The position numbers and the translations under genes were made by a program. Positions 32,337-44,001 of a stretch of DNA of 64,000 nucleotides are shown piece by piece (position 1 is the first letter of the stretch; each line of letters begins with the position of its first letter). The stretch comes from an uncultured Acidobacteriota bacterium (GTDB lineage: Bacteria > Actinomycetota > Acidimicrobiia > Spongiisociales > ZC4RG35): the NCBI GenBank assembly GCA_963720925.1, contig CAVRHE010000001.1:10686-74685 (forward strand). Reading direction: 5' to 3'. Under the pieces are notes generated by a model, which had not been told where the DNA came from, made no database searches, and was given only the letters and a program-made list of their open reading frames with translations.

Positions 32337-33319
32337 CCATGCCAATTCGGGTGTTGGCCACCGATCGAGTCTCGAAGAAGGGCCTGGCGCCGCTGCGTGA
32401 GGACGATCGCTTCGATGTGGTCCTCATCAAAGACTCCTCGGATCCGGAGTTCGCATCCGGGTTGAAGACTGCGGCAGGTCTGATCGTGCGCAGCGCCACC
32501 AGGGTCGATTCGTCGCTGCTGGACGGGGCGCCCGACCTCAAGGTGGTGGGCCGGGCCGGCGTGGGCGTGGACAACATCGATCTGGCAGCCGCCTCCGAGC
32601 GTGGGGTGGCAGTGATGAACGCTCCGAGTGGGAACACGATCTCGGCCGCAGAGCTGACCATGGCTCTCATGCTGGCGGTGGCGCGGAGGGTGACAGTGGC
32701 GGATCGGTCGATTCGCCAAGGCCGATGGGAGCGCTCGAGCTTGCTGGGCGTCGAGCTGCGAGGGAAGACCTTGGGCGTCATCGGCGAGGGTCGGATCGGG
32801 TGGGAGGTCGCACAGCGTTGCCGTGCCTTTGGCATGGACGTCATCGTCTACGACCCATATCTGACCGCCGAGAGAGTCGACGAGCTGCACCCGAAGCTCG
32901 TGCCGTTGGACCGTCTCATCGAGAGTGCGGATGTGATCACGCTCCACGTCCCTTTGAATGCCGAGACGAGGGGTCTGATCGGCGAACGCACGCTGAAGCG
33001 GATGAAGAAGGGCGCGTTCGTGCTGAACGTCTCTCGTGGCGGTGTTGTCGACGAGGCTGCGCTGGCGAGAGCCCTCAACGAGGGACGGATCGCGGGAGCG
33101 GGTCTCGATGTGTATGAGCACGAGCCGCTTTCCCCCGACAGCCCGCTGCTCGACGCCCCGAATCTCGTGCTCACTCCCCATCTCGGAGCCTCCACCAAGG
33201 AGGCTCAGATCCAGGTCGCCCTCGAAGTCGCCCGGAAAGTGCGCACCGCTCTGGCCCAAGGCGACCTTTCCTCCGCGGTCAACGCGTCGGACGTGGCCAA
33301 CGCCGCCGGTCTCAGCTGA
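32333..33319 (+). CDS. serA: D-3-phosphoglycerate dehydrogenase-like, short form without ACT domain
   Basis: IVRSAT, GRAGVGVDNID, GNTISAAE, GRIG, TPHLGAST. Confidence 0.75.
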   Translation: MTMPIRVLATDRVSKKGLAPLREDDRFDVVLIKDSSDPEFASGLKTAAGLIVRSATRVDSSLLDGAPDLKVVGRAGVGVDNIDLAAASERGVAVMNAPSGNTISAAELTMALMLAVARRVTVADRSIRQGRWERSSLLGVELRGKTLGVIGEGRIGWEVAQRCRAFGMDVIVYDPYLTAERVDELHPKLVPLDRLIESADVITLHVPLNAETRGLIGERTLKRMKKGAFVLNVSRGGVVDEAALARALNEGRIAGAGLDVYEHEPLSPDSPLLDAPNLVLTPHLGASTKEAQIQVALEVARKVRTALAQGDLSSAVNASDVANAAGLS

Positions 33320-33356
33320 ACCCGATTCTCATTCAGCTTCGGAGCTGGATACCGGT

Positions 33357-34557
33357 TCAGCCGATGAGGAGGGTGATACGCGCCTCGGGCTCTGCCGCCG
33401 GCTCCTCCGGCTCCTCATCGGGGCTGCGGGCGAACATGACCGCCAGGATGAAGACGATGACGGTGCCGATCCCGATCACCGCCACCATCACCTCGCCAAA
33501 CGAGAGCTTGATGTTCGGTCTGGTCCCGGCGAGGGAGGCGAACCCGAGGATTCCGGCCGCGGTCAGAATGCCGATGACCGCTGCGCCACCCGTGCCGAGC
33601 TCTTCGGACTCGAGGAGCGCCCAGGCGAATGGGAGGACGAGGATGAGCAACAGGATCAGCGCGGTGAGGGGGATGCCGAACGGCCGATCCGAGGCGTCGT
33701 CTCACGTTGTCGATCTCCTCGCCCGAGCCGTCGGGCACCGCAACGGGGACTCCGATCGCTTGAGTGACCGCAGCGGTGAGCGCGCCGAGGATGGCGCCTC
33801 CGATCGCCATCACCCCAATGGTGGCGAGGACGGGCAGCTGAACCACACCTTCCGCCCCCTCCACCGGGGTGCCCAAACCGGTGAGCACAGCTCCAGCGAC
33901 CACACCGAGCAGGATGCCGATCAGGGCTCCGATCCAGAAAGTGGAGCTTGGCGAGTTGCTGAGCTGCATGCCCGGATTGGCCCATGACGCGGCCGCTCGT
34001 GACAGCGAGGCGATGACCGCCCCGAAGACGATGCTGATGAGGGCGGCACCGATGACCACGGCGTTGGAATCGACCTGGATCACCGGCGTGAACGACTCTT
34101 CGCCGATGACGGTGGCGGTGGCGGCCCACCAGTTGCTCGCCACGACGAAGCCGATCAGCCCGAGGCCGGCGCCGGTCCATGCCCCGACCCTCATCGCGGT
34201 GCGCACCCGGCGACCCAGCGATACGGGCTCCAGGACGATCTCCGGCTCAGGTTCGACCATCACCGCGGCCGCGGCCGGTTGTGCCGCTGCCAGGGGCTGC
34301 TCGGGGGCAGGCTCGGGCTCGGGGGCTGCCGAAGACGCCGCCTCCGGGTTCTCTTCATCGGTTGCGGGCGCCACTTCCTCAGACGGCGCGGGGGCGGGGG
34401 CCGGCGCCGCTCCGGCCGCGGGCGCTCCTCCTGCCCACGCGTTCAGCACGTCGTCCACCGAGGTCCCGTTGGCGGTGGCCCTGGCCGCCGCCGACCGTTG
34501 CACCAGCGTCTCGGGCACATTCAGCGCATCGGCCGCTGCGGTCAGCAGTTCACTCAC
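33357..34557 (-). CDS. Hypothetical multi-TM membrane protein (frameshift ~33680)
   Basis: GTG start overlapping the galK stop; helical N-terminus, A/P/E linker, ~7 TMs across ORFs 33415..34665 and 33357..33650. Confidence 0.7.
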
Positions 34558-35597
34558 GGCGCCGGATAGTAATTGGATCCACTTGTGACGACCTCCGCGC
34601 CGTCGACGGCTCGCACCACCCACCCGTCCTTCACCGTCCCCGGCTCGGCCAGGGCGATGACACATCCACCGAAGCCGGCGCCGGTGAGGCGTGCTCCGTA
34701 GACGCCTGGAGTCGACACGAGAGTCTCGACGGCGGAATCGAGGTCGGGGGTCGAGACCGCGTAGTCGTCACGCAGGCTGATATGGCTGGCGGTCATGAGC
34801 CGCCCGACGGCCTCGAGGTCTCCCGTTCTCAACGCATCGACACATTGCCGCACACGCAGGTTCTCGGTTATTACGTGGCGTGCCCGTGCGAACAAGATCG
34901 GGTCGGTGAGTGCAGATAGATCATCGATGGCGGCGAGGCGGAGCGGACCGATCACCTCTTCGGCCGCCCGACAGGCCGCCACCCGTTCCGAGTACGGGCT
35001 CCCGGCAACTGTGCGATGGGAGATGTACTTGACCACGATCTCGGCGCCATCAGGTATCGCGACCGGTTCGACGGTCAGATCGTGGCAGTCGAGGAGCACC
35101 GCATGCCCATCGAGGCCGTGGAGCGAGGCCATCTCGTCGAGGATGCCGGCGGGCACCCCGGTCGCCTCCCGCTGAGCTCGCTGGCAGAGAAGGGCCACCT
35201 CGAGCCGCGAATGGCCGACAGCGGCGCCGAGGGCGAGGGCGAGGGCGACGCCGAGGGCGCCCGACGAGGAGAGTCCGGCCCCGATCGGCACCGTCGATTC
35301 GATCGTCCCTGTGAAACCCTGCTCCCGCCCCAGCTCGGCGGCGATGGCCGCGGCCCGTCTGGCCCACGGTGGTTCGACCTCCGCCACTCCGACGGCCGGG
35401 AGGGGGATGCTCGCCGGTACCGGATCCTGGTCGGAGGCGAGTGTGAGGAGCGGTTCGTCACGATCGATCCCCTCGATCACGATCTGGCGATCGATGGCCA
35501 GAGGAAGGGCCAGCCCACCCGTGTAGTCGGTGTGGTCGCCGATGAGATTGACCCGGCCCGGCGCTCGGGCCTCGATCCGTTGGCCGGCGGCTGACAT
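34554..35597 (-). CDS. galK: Galactokinase
   Basis: APGRVNLIGDHTDY, PIGAGLSSS, GARLTGAGFGG. Confidence 0.9.
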   Translation of the reverse strand: MSAAGQRIEARAPGRVNLIGDHTDYTGGLALPLAIDRQIVIEGIDRDEPLLTLASDQDPVPASIPLPAVGVAEVEPPWARRAAAIAAELGREQGFTGTIESTVPIGAGLSSSGALGVALALALGAAVGHSRLEVALLCQRAQREATGVPAGILDEMASLHGLDGHAVLLDCHDLTVEPVAIPDGAEIVVKYISHRTVAGSPYSERVAACRAAEEVIGPLRLAAIDDLSALTDPILFARARHVITENLRVRQCVDALRTGDLEAVGRLMTASHISLRDDYAVSTPDLDSAVETLVSTPGVYGARLTGAGFGGCVIALAEPGTVKDGWVVRAVDGAEVVTSGSNYYPAP

Positions 35598-35648
35598 TTG
35601 GTGCAGGCTAGAAGCTCAGTATTCGCGGCCAGGTACCCTGCTCGTCGC

Positions 35649-36512
35649 ATGCTCGCCGTGATCAGTTACCCCCCGATCCCGATCTGGGATATCGGCCCAT
35701 TTCAGTTCTCGTTGCACGGGCTCTTCGCCGCTCTCGGCTTCGTCGCCGGCGCCTGGCTGGCCAACAGGGAGATGGGAAAGCGCGGGTTCGACACTGGCAA
35801 GTACCAGTCGGTGCTCACCTGGGGCCTGATCGGTGCCCTGCTCGGCGCCCGGTATCTGACCACGCCGGCTCAGTTGATGAACGGGGTGCCGCTGCTCGAT
35901 GCTTTGAACCCGATCTCGGGCAACTTCTCGATCATGGGCGGCTTCGCAGGCGGCATCATCGCCGGCTGGATACGGATGAGACAGGTAGGTCTTCCCGTCC
36001 TCCCCACCCTCGACATGTCGTCCTTCGGTCTGGCCTTGGGAACGGTTGTGGGTCGCATCGGCGATCTCGCCATCGTCGAGCATCTGGGCAAGACCACCAC
36101 CGCTTGGTGGGGCTACGGGATCCGGCCGGGTTACGACGTGGCTCCACAACACGACAGCCTGGAGTGTGCTGCCGCCGATGTCGGAGAGGTCTTCTGTGGC
36201 GTCTATCACCATGTGGCCTTCTACGACATGATCGGGGCCGCTGTGCTGCTCGGTCTGCTCTATCTCCTCTACGACCGGATCGAGCTTCGCTACGGCCAGC
36301 TCTTCTTCGCCTGGGTGACCTGGTACGGATTCCAGCGATTCCTTCTCGATTCGCTGCGCTACGGGAGCGGGGACGCCACCATCGGCGCCCTGACCTGGAA
36401 CCAGCTGAGCGGGCTACTCGCCGGTATCGGTGGGCTCATCGCTCTCTGGTGGCTGGGCCGTCATCAGAGGATCGTGTCCCCAGAGGCCGACCGCGCCTTG
36501 ATCAGCGCATAA
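35649..36512 (+). CDS. lgt: Prolipoprotein diacylglyceryl transferase family protein (divergent motifs)
   Basis: LLGAR, GGFAGG, GRIGD, YGFQRFLLDSLR, LTWNQ. Confidence 0.75.
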   Translation: MLAVISYPPIPIWDIGPFQFSLHGLFAALGFVAGAWLANREMGKRGFDTGKYQSVLTWGLIGALLGARYLTTPAQLMNGVPLLDALNPISGNFSIMGGFAGGIIAGWIRMRQVGLPVLPTLDMSSFGLALGTVVGRIGDLAIVEHLGKTTTAWWGYGIRPGYDVAPQHDSLECAAADVGEVFCGVYHHVAFYDMIGAAVLLGLLYLLYDRIELRYGQLFFAWVTWYGFQRFLLDSLRYGSGDATIGALTWNQLSGLLAGIGGLIALWWLGRHQRIVSPEADRALISA

Positions 36513-36568
36513 GTCGCTATCGACCCGCATCGTCCAAATCCCAAAATCAGCGGTGGTGCCGTGACACG

Positions 36569-37409
36569 ATGTCGGCGATGGGACTGGTGATCGCTGTCGA
36601 CGCCGCGGATCTGGCTGAAACCTCGATCGACCCGTGGACCGCAGTGCTTGCGGTCGTTGTCGTAATCGTCGCCTGGATTCTGTCGCGGATGACCAGAAAG
36701 GCCACCGCCAGGGTCCTGTCCAGGCTCGAGGGCATCTCCGACGAGATGCGCGCCTTTATCGCGCGCATCGCCGGCTACGTGGTGATCTTCCTTGGGGTTG
36801 GCATCGCCCTCTCCCTTCTCGGTGCCCCGATCCAGCCGCTAATCACAGTCGCCATCGTCTTTGGCGTGATCATGGCGCTCGCCCTGCGCGGCATCGCCGA
36901 CAACTTCGCTTCCGGCATCGTTCTCCAGACCCGTCGCCCCATCCACATCGGTGACGAGGTCGAGTCGTTGGGTTATGTCGGCAACGTCCTCGATATGGAT
37001 AGCCGGGCGGTGGTAATCGAGACGTTCGATGGCCGAACTGTTCATCTGCCCAACTCCGAGGTGCTGGGTGATCCCCTCATCAACCACTCGACGAAAGGGG
37101 CGCGCCGTTCGGAGGTGGAGGTGCGGGTCCGGTCGAGGGATGTCGAGGGGACCGGTCAACGGCTGATCGACACCGTCGCGGCTGTCTCAGGCGTGCTCCC
37201 CGAGCCAAGGCCCGTGGCGTACCTGACAGCGATTGACCCGGTTCGGGTCACTGCACTCGTCCACTTCTGGCATCAACCGGCCGACGGTCTGACGGTTCGG
37301 ACGGATGTCATCCGGGCCTTGGCCGCATCGGGGAAGGAGCGCACGGAGATGGCGACGATCGTCGTCCCCGCAACCGGCGGCGCCGCTCACGCCATCACCG
37401 TGGATCTGA
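36569..37409 (+). CDS. Small-conductance mechanosensitive channel (3' end inferred across a frameshift ~37368)
   Basis: Three TMs, DNFASG, RPIHIGDEV, DGRTVHLPNS. Confidence 0.85.
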
Positions 37410-37432
37410 TCCCGACATCCACCGCACGGATC

Positions 37433-37630
37433 CGGTCGGCAGATCAGGTCTTGAGGACACCGGATCGGGCGATCGCCCAGATGATGAATATGTCCACTGC
37501 GATGATGAACAGCGCCATACCGGGTAGTAGGACGGTCGGCAGATCAGGTCTTGAGGACACCGGATCGGGCGATCGCCCAGATGATGAAGATGTCCACCGC
37601 GATGATGAACAGGGCCCACACCGGGTAGTA
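37433..37630. repeat. Imperfect tandem duplication, 100-bp period
   Basis: 37433-37529 vs 37533-37630; first ~56 bp identical, then 4 substitutions and a 1-bp indel. Confidence 0.95.
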
Positions 37631-37960
37631 CGGGATGAAGCCGAAATTCCCGATCGCACTGAGCACGACGAGGACGAGGGCGAAGATCGCCGCCGCTTTG
37701 CTCCCGGAGAAGAGGGAGAACCCCGCCAGGATCATGAGGGCGCCGAATACGAGATGGATCCAACCCCACGTCGAGATGTCGACCGTCACCACGTAGTTGG
37801 GAAGGGTCACAAAGAACTCGTCGTTCGCAATGGCCGAAATGCCCTGAAATACCTGAAGGATCCCGCCCACGATCATCAGGGTGGCGGCGAACATGACGCC
37901 AACGCCTGCGGCTGTCCCCGAACTTGAAGGCGGTACAGGCTCTGGTTCGATATGCGTCAT
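37544..37960 (-). CDS. Small four-TM membrane protein (DUF7144-like)
   Basis: FAATLMIVGG, WGWIHL, FIPYYPVWA. Confidence 0.7.
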   Translation of the reverse strand: MTHIEPEPVPPSSSGTAAGVGVMFAATLMIVGGILQVFQGISAIANDEFFVTLPNYVVTVDISTWGWIHLVFGALMILAGFSLFSGSKAAAIFALVLVVLSAIGNFGFIPYYPVWALFIIAVDIFIIWAIARSGVLKT

Positions 37961-38033
37961 GTGTTCTCCTCTGTCCTGGGTCGATCCCCGAACCTACACT
38001 CATCAGAGGGCAGGACTGAATTGGCCGGGAACC

Positions 38034-40413
38034 CTAATGTCGGGCCATGGCGATCCGGTACCGCTCTTCGGGGGAGATCATGTGGTCGGCATCCTCGGAG
38101 TCCTCAGCGAGGTCGATCTGCACCCATTTCACCCGGCCGGTGAAAGTGACGTCCTTGGGGGTCAGGTCATCGGTGACGGGGGTCGCCGAGTCGGTGCCGA
38201 CGTCGGTCGTCTCATCAGCTGAAAATGCCATGGGGACCGTGTTGTCCACCCGGCCCTCCCCCACCTGGGACCCGTCGACGAAGAGCTTGGCGGTGCCGCC
38301 CTTGCCCACCCCTCCACCGTCATAGGTGAACTCGACCCGGACCTGATGCTCCCCTTCAGGGATCTGATCCTCGCCGTAGACCTTGAACTGCTCCAGCCCA
38401 AACAAGTTGTAACAAAAGGCCGGCTTGCCCAGATGTGCGTAGACGGACCAGCCGCCAAACGCCCCACCTTGGGCGACGATCGTGCCGTGGGCTCCACCCT
38501 CGGGAACTTCGATCTCGGATGTGATGGCAAAGGACTTGTTTTTGATCGACCACCACCGAGTTCTCGCTGAGCCGTCCCATCCCACCGAACAGGATCTGAG
38601 TGGTGCCCTTGATCAATTGGGGCCGGCCGGCGAGATCGGCGTTGAACCTCTCGAACCGTCGGTCGTCGAGGGGCAGCACGTTGTATTTCCCGGCCTCGAT
38701 CGATGAACAACCTCTGGAGATGGGCCAGCATCTCCGGGTTTTCCGATGCCAGGTTGTGAGCCTGAGTCCAGTCGTCAGGCCCGTAGAGCTCCCAAATGTC
38801 ATCGTCGAATGCCGGCATCTCGGTCGCTATCCAGGGCAGCGAGTGCCGGGTCACCGCCGTCCAGCCGTTGTGGTAGATCCCTCGATTGACGAACATCTCG
38901 AAGTACTGGGTCGTGTGGGTGTCCTCGGCCCTCGGCATCGCCGAAGGAGTAGTTCATTGCGAACCCTTCTAGAGGCGCCTGCTGGATGCCGTTGACGAAC
39001 GTCGGAGCCGGGATTCCCGCAGCTTCGAGGATGGTGGGGACCACGTCGATCACGTGGTGGAATTGGTGGCGCAACTCGCCCTTGGCCTCGATGCCACTCG
39101 GCCAATGGACGATCGTCCCGTTCCGTGTCCCGCCCCAATGCGAGGCGACCTGCTTGGTCCATTGGTACGGCGTGTCCATTGCGTGAGCCCAACCAACCGC
39201 ATAATGGTTGTAAGCCTCCGGAGTGCCCCATTTGTCGATTTTGGAGACCATGAACTCGGTGGTCTCCAGACTGGGGGACCCCGTTCAACACCATCAACTC
39301 GTTGAACGTCCCCCGCGGCGTGCCCTCGGCCGAAGCCCCGTTGTCACCGATGATCACGTAGATCAGGGTGTCGCCGAGGATCTCGATGTCCTCCAAGGCG
39401 TCGAGGAGCCGGCCGACATGGTGGTCGGTGTGCTCCAGGAAGCCGGCGTAGACCTCCATCTGACGCGCCAGCACCGGCTTGAGGTCGTCGTCCATGTCGT
39501 CCCAGCCCGGGATTTCATCCGGTCGAGTCGGTGAGCTCGGCGTCTTCAGGAATGACTCCCAGTTCCTTCTGCCTGGCGAAGGTGCACTCCCGTTGGGCGT
39601 CCCATCCGTCATCGAATTTGCCCTGGTACTTCGCGCTCCATTCCGGGGGCACGTGATGTGGCGCATGGGTGGCCCCGGCGCGTAATAGATGAAGAATGGC
39701 TTGTCCGGCATCAGCGCCTTTTGCTGTCGGATCCACTCGATGGCGTGATCGGTCATGTCCTCGGTGAAGTGATAACCCTCCTCCGGGGTTCGGTCGGGCT
39801 CGACTGGCACCGTGTCCTGGTAGATGGCAGGGGCGTACTGGTTGGTCTCCCCGCCGATGAAACCGTAGAAATGCTCGAAGCCATTGCCCGGGCTAGGCCA
39901 GCGGTCGAAAGGCCCCATCGGGCTGGTCTCCCAGACGGGGACCTCGTGGCATTTGCCGAAATGGGCCGTGGCGTAACCATTGAGCTTCAGGATCTCGGCA
40001 GCTGGCGCTTTGCTCTTCGGTCGCAACGAGTTGTAGCCGGGCGCGGAGGTGGCGATCTCGGTGATCCCACCCATCCCCACCGAGTGATGGTTGCGGCCCG
40101 CGAGGAGTGCGGCCCGGGTTGGGGAGCAAAGAGCGGTGGTGTGAAACCGGGTGTATTTCAAGCCATTCGGCGGCGAGCCGCTCGAAATTGGGGGTGTTGC
40201 ACGGCCCACCAAACGGCGAAGCTCGCCCCGAAGCCGACGTCGTCGATGAAGGACGATGAGGACATTGGGGGCTCCGTCCGGGAGGGCCGGATCGGCTCGA
40301 TCGGGGGGAACTTGGTGTCCGGATCCTTGGCGTCGTAGGTGGTGACGCCGATCCAGTGAGGGCTCGGGAATGGGGAGGTTCTGCGCGGCCGAGCGACGTG
40401 TGGAATGAGTCAT
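38034..40413 (-). CDS. Arylsulfatase with C-terminal beta-sandwich extension, multiple frameshifts
   Basis: FHTTALCSPTRAALL (CxPxR), GKCH, HAPH, GDNGASAEG, QYFEMF across several ORFs. Confidence 0.88.
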
Positions 40414-40518
40414 GTCGCCGAAACTATCTGGGGCGACACGACGAGATCGTTCACGCTATGTGGGTGATCGCCGGCGCCTGAAGTGCCCGTCAGCAGCTCC
40501 GGACGTACAGGACCAAGT

Positions 40519-41449
40519 TCAGTCGGCGAATACTTGCGACCAGTCGTTCCTTGATGCTGATGACGGTCCAACCCTTCTCTGCCGCTCGTGCCAGGGCGTC
40601 CTCGGCGCCGGCCGTGTAGTCGAACTCCCTCTCGGCGTCGTCGTGGAGGAGAAGCGTCCTCAGCGCCAGGTGCTTCGGGTGGTTGGCGAACCGCAACATC
40701 TGGATGTCCCCGTTGGAGTTGCCTCCCGCCACGATTGGTCGTCTCCCGATACGGCTCCAGATCCGGACCGGCTTGGTCGGCCCGTCGTCGAAGAACTCCA
40801 TCTCCGACTTGTAGAGGACGTCGTTGCCGTCCTCCCGTTCCTGAAAGTCCAGCGCCTGAGAGCTGCCGATGATCCGTTCGGGCGGGATCCCGTAGATGTG
40901 ACCGGCGATCGGTCGCATGAAGTCTCGGTCACCGCCGGAGGCGATGTAGGGCGTGAACCCGTTCGCCTCCAGAAAGCGGAGGAGCTCGACCATCGGGGCG
41001 TAGCCGCACTCCCGGTAGGGCCGTTTGAGGACCGGGTGCGAAGACTGTTCGAAGAAGGTCGTGACCTCCCGGTCATAGTCTTCGATGCTGAGGTCGGCGA
41101 TGGTCCGGGGGACTGCCCCCAACAGCAGCGTCATGTCTCCGTCGTCGCCGTGATAGTGCTTGACCATCGCCTCTCCGAGCCACTTCATGTCCTTCTCGAA
41201 CGCCGCCTTCCAGGGCTGCTGCTCTTGAAGCGCCGGGTCGGCGTTCGCCATCGCGGCCATCCGGTAGAGGGCGAAGTCGAGCTGGATCGGGATCGGCTTC
41301 TCCGACCACAGGGTCCCGTCGTTGTCGAACACTGCGATCCGCTCCTCGGGCGGCACGAAGTCGGGGCCGTCGGTGGTGATCGACGCCACATAGGACTCGA
41401 TCGCCGCCCGAGTCGGGGTGTCGTTCCAGGAAGTCAGGCCCGACCCCAC
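40519..41449 (-). CDS. HAD-superfamily phosphatase/hydrolase (stop inferred across terminal frameshift)
   Basis: AVFDNDGTLWSEKP, SGG, GNSNGDIQML, HDDAEREFDY. Confidence 0.85.
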
Positions 41450-41455
41450 TCAGAC

Positions 41456-43005
41456 TTATCTCCCTCCGAGGAAGGCGTGCAGCCTTTTCCACGGCACCAT
41501 CGATGGTGAAGGAGGCGGCTTTCTGACGGGGCTGGAAACTCCTTGAAGGTCTCGAGGAACTGGGTCGGCGATGAATCCGCCGTAGAACACGAGGAATAGT
41601 CGCGGTCGATGAACCAGTCGTAGTAGGTGTTGGAGGTGACGTCTGCTCGCTCGTAGGGATCGGTACGGAGGTTGAACAGCTTGGGCACACGCAGCGGTAT
41701 GAACGGCTCCGCCCACAGGCCCAAGTTCCGGGCGAGCGCTGCTCCATGAAAGACGACCTTCCAGTTGTCGTATCTGATCCCGAGAACATCGCAGTCGTCG
41801 GAGAAATAGATGAACCCTGCCGTGGGCTCTTTTCCACCTCCCCGGTGAGATAGGGGAGCAAGTTGTACCCATCGATGTGGACCTTGTAGGTCTTGTCATC
41901 GATGGTGTGGCCCCTGCTTCAGCTTCTCGACGATGTCGGGATCTCCCGCGGCGGCGACGAAAGGTGGGCAGCCAGTCGTGGTGCTGGATGATCTCGTTGG
42001 ACACGGTGCCCGCCTCGATCTTGCCCGGCCACCGGATCAGCTCGGGGATCCGGAATGCCCCTTCCCAGTTCGTGTTCTTCTCACTCCGGAACGGCGTCAT
42101 CCCGGCGTCGGGCCAGGTGTTCATGTGGGGGCCGTTGTCGGTGGAGTAGATGACGATGGTGTCCTCGGCGATACCGAGCTCGTCGAGCAGGTCGAGCAGC
42201 TGACCCACGTGCTTGTCGTGGTCGATCATCGTGTCGTGGTAGGGGGACTGCCACCGTCCCGCCTGACCCGAGACTCTCCGGCTTGGTGTGGGTAACGCAG
42301 ATGCATGTGGGTGGTATTCATCCACACGAAGAACGGGGTGTCGGACTCGTGTTGGCGCTTGATGAAGTCGATGCAGGCGCCCACCGAATCTCGTCGTCGA
42401 TCGTCTCCATCCGCTTTCTTGGTGAGCGGTCCGGTGTCTTCGATGCGTTGCTTGCCCACCGCCCGTACTTGGGATCCTCGGTGGCGTCGTCCTCTTCGGT
42501 CGCCCAGGAGTGGATGACACCGCGTGGAAGCTGCAGCTCGGTTGAGACGTCGGGGAACTCCTCCTGCTTCGGGTAGTCCGGCTGTTCGGGCTCCTCTTCG
42601 GCGTTGAGGTGGTAGAGGTTGCCAAAGAACTCGTCGAACCCGTGGGCCGTGGGAAGAAACTTGTTGAGGTCGCCGAGATGGTTCTTGCCGAACTGCGCCG
42701 TGGCATAGCCAACGGCTTGAGCAGCTCGGCGATGGTCAACATCCTCCGCCTGAAGGCCAATGTCCATGCCGGGAAAGCCGACCTTGCTCAACCCGGTCCG
42801 GTAGACGCTCTGACCGGTGATGAAGGAGGAGCGCCCGGCGGTGCAGCTCTGCTCACCGTAGGCAGTCGGTGAACAACATCCCCTCTGCGGCGAGGCGATC
42901 GATGTTGGGGGTTCGGTAGCCCATCAGACCATGGCTGTAGCAGCTCAGGTTGCTGATCCCGATGTCGTCTCCCCATATGACGAGGATGTTTGGTTTGTCA
43001 GCCAT
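41456..43005 (-). CDS. Arylsulfatase (CTAGR motif), multiple frameshifts
   Basis: [29 protein letters not shown] read across a frameshift, GKNHLGD, DNGP, NWEGAFR. Confidence 0.88.
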
Positions 43006-44001
43006 GAGCGGCATCTCCTTCTTCGTTCGAGGCCCTGTCGCGGACCACACACCGGAAATCCGAGATGCGACATGGAGGTGTCGATCATCTGCGGCTGTCG
43101 GGCTGCGGGTCGGTAGCGAAGGCAGTAGTTGGGGGCGCACAGATGCGAGCCTCCTTTGATCACCCGGCGGGGGATGTGCTCGCCGGGTTGGCCCGGGTTG
43201 TAGCTCTGCTCCGGTGAGGTCACCCGAGGGTTGGTGGGGACACAGCAGGCATGCTCGGCCTGGTCCGGGTGACGTGGGATGTACCAATCGATGGTCCACT
43301 CCCAGACGTTCCCGGTCATGTCGTAGAGCCCGTACCCGTTGGCAGGGAAGCTGCCCACCGGCGAAGTCCCTTCGAACCCGTCGACCTTGAGGTTCTCCCA
43401 GGGGAACTCCCCCTGCCAGCTGTTGGCCATCGCCCTCCCGTCGGGGAAGTGCTCGTCCCCCCAGGCGAATTTGGCGCCATCGAGTCCTCCCCGACAGGCG
43501 AACTCCCATTCCGCCTCGGTGGGCAGGTCCTTGCCCATCCAATCGGCATACGACCTGGCATCCTCCCAGGCGATGTGGACCACGGGATGATCGCCCTTCC
43601 CGTGAAATGTGGTCCCCGGCCCCCCCGGGCGTCGCCAGTGGGCGCTCGGCACGTACTCCCACCAGTTCCGATAGTCGTTCAGATCGACCGGGCCCGTGCG
43701 TCTTGTGGAACACCAGGGACCCGGGCACCAAAAGATCGGGATCGGCGTCTGGGTACTCGGCCGGGTCGAGCGGACGCTCGGCGATGGTGACGTGGCCGGT
43801 CTCTTTGACGAATCGGCGAAACTCGGCGTTGGTGACCGGGTGCTCGTCCATCCAGAATCCGTCCACCGCGACCTCATGCACCGGTTTCTCGTCCGGATAG
43901 AAATCCTCCGAGCCCATGCGAAATCGGCCACCGGGGATCCGGCGCATACCCTCACGGTCTCTCCGCCCCGGGGAGATCTCGATTGGCGTCCCGCCATCCA
44001 T
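42998..44001 (-). CDS. Formylglycine-generating enzyme (sulfatase-modifying factor), frameshifted
   Basis: [50 protein letters not shown]. Confidence 0.92.

Noticed and set aside
37433-37630. Diversity-generating retroelement TR/VR pair (3 of 4 substitutions have A in the downstream copy; repeat at a gene 3' end)
   Set aside because: No reverse transcriptase or Avd in the window, all changes are synonymous, one is not at an adenine, and the target is a small TM protein.
18074-44001. selD plus FGE-domain gene as a selenoneine (senABC) cluster
   Set aside because: The genes are ~24 kb apart, there is no SenB glycosyltransferase, and the FGE lacks a DinB-like domain, has the catalytic Cys pair and adjoins sulfatases.
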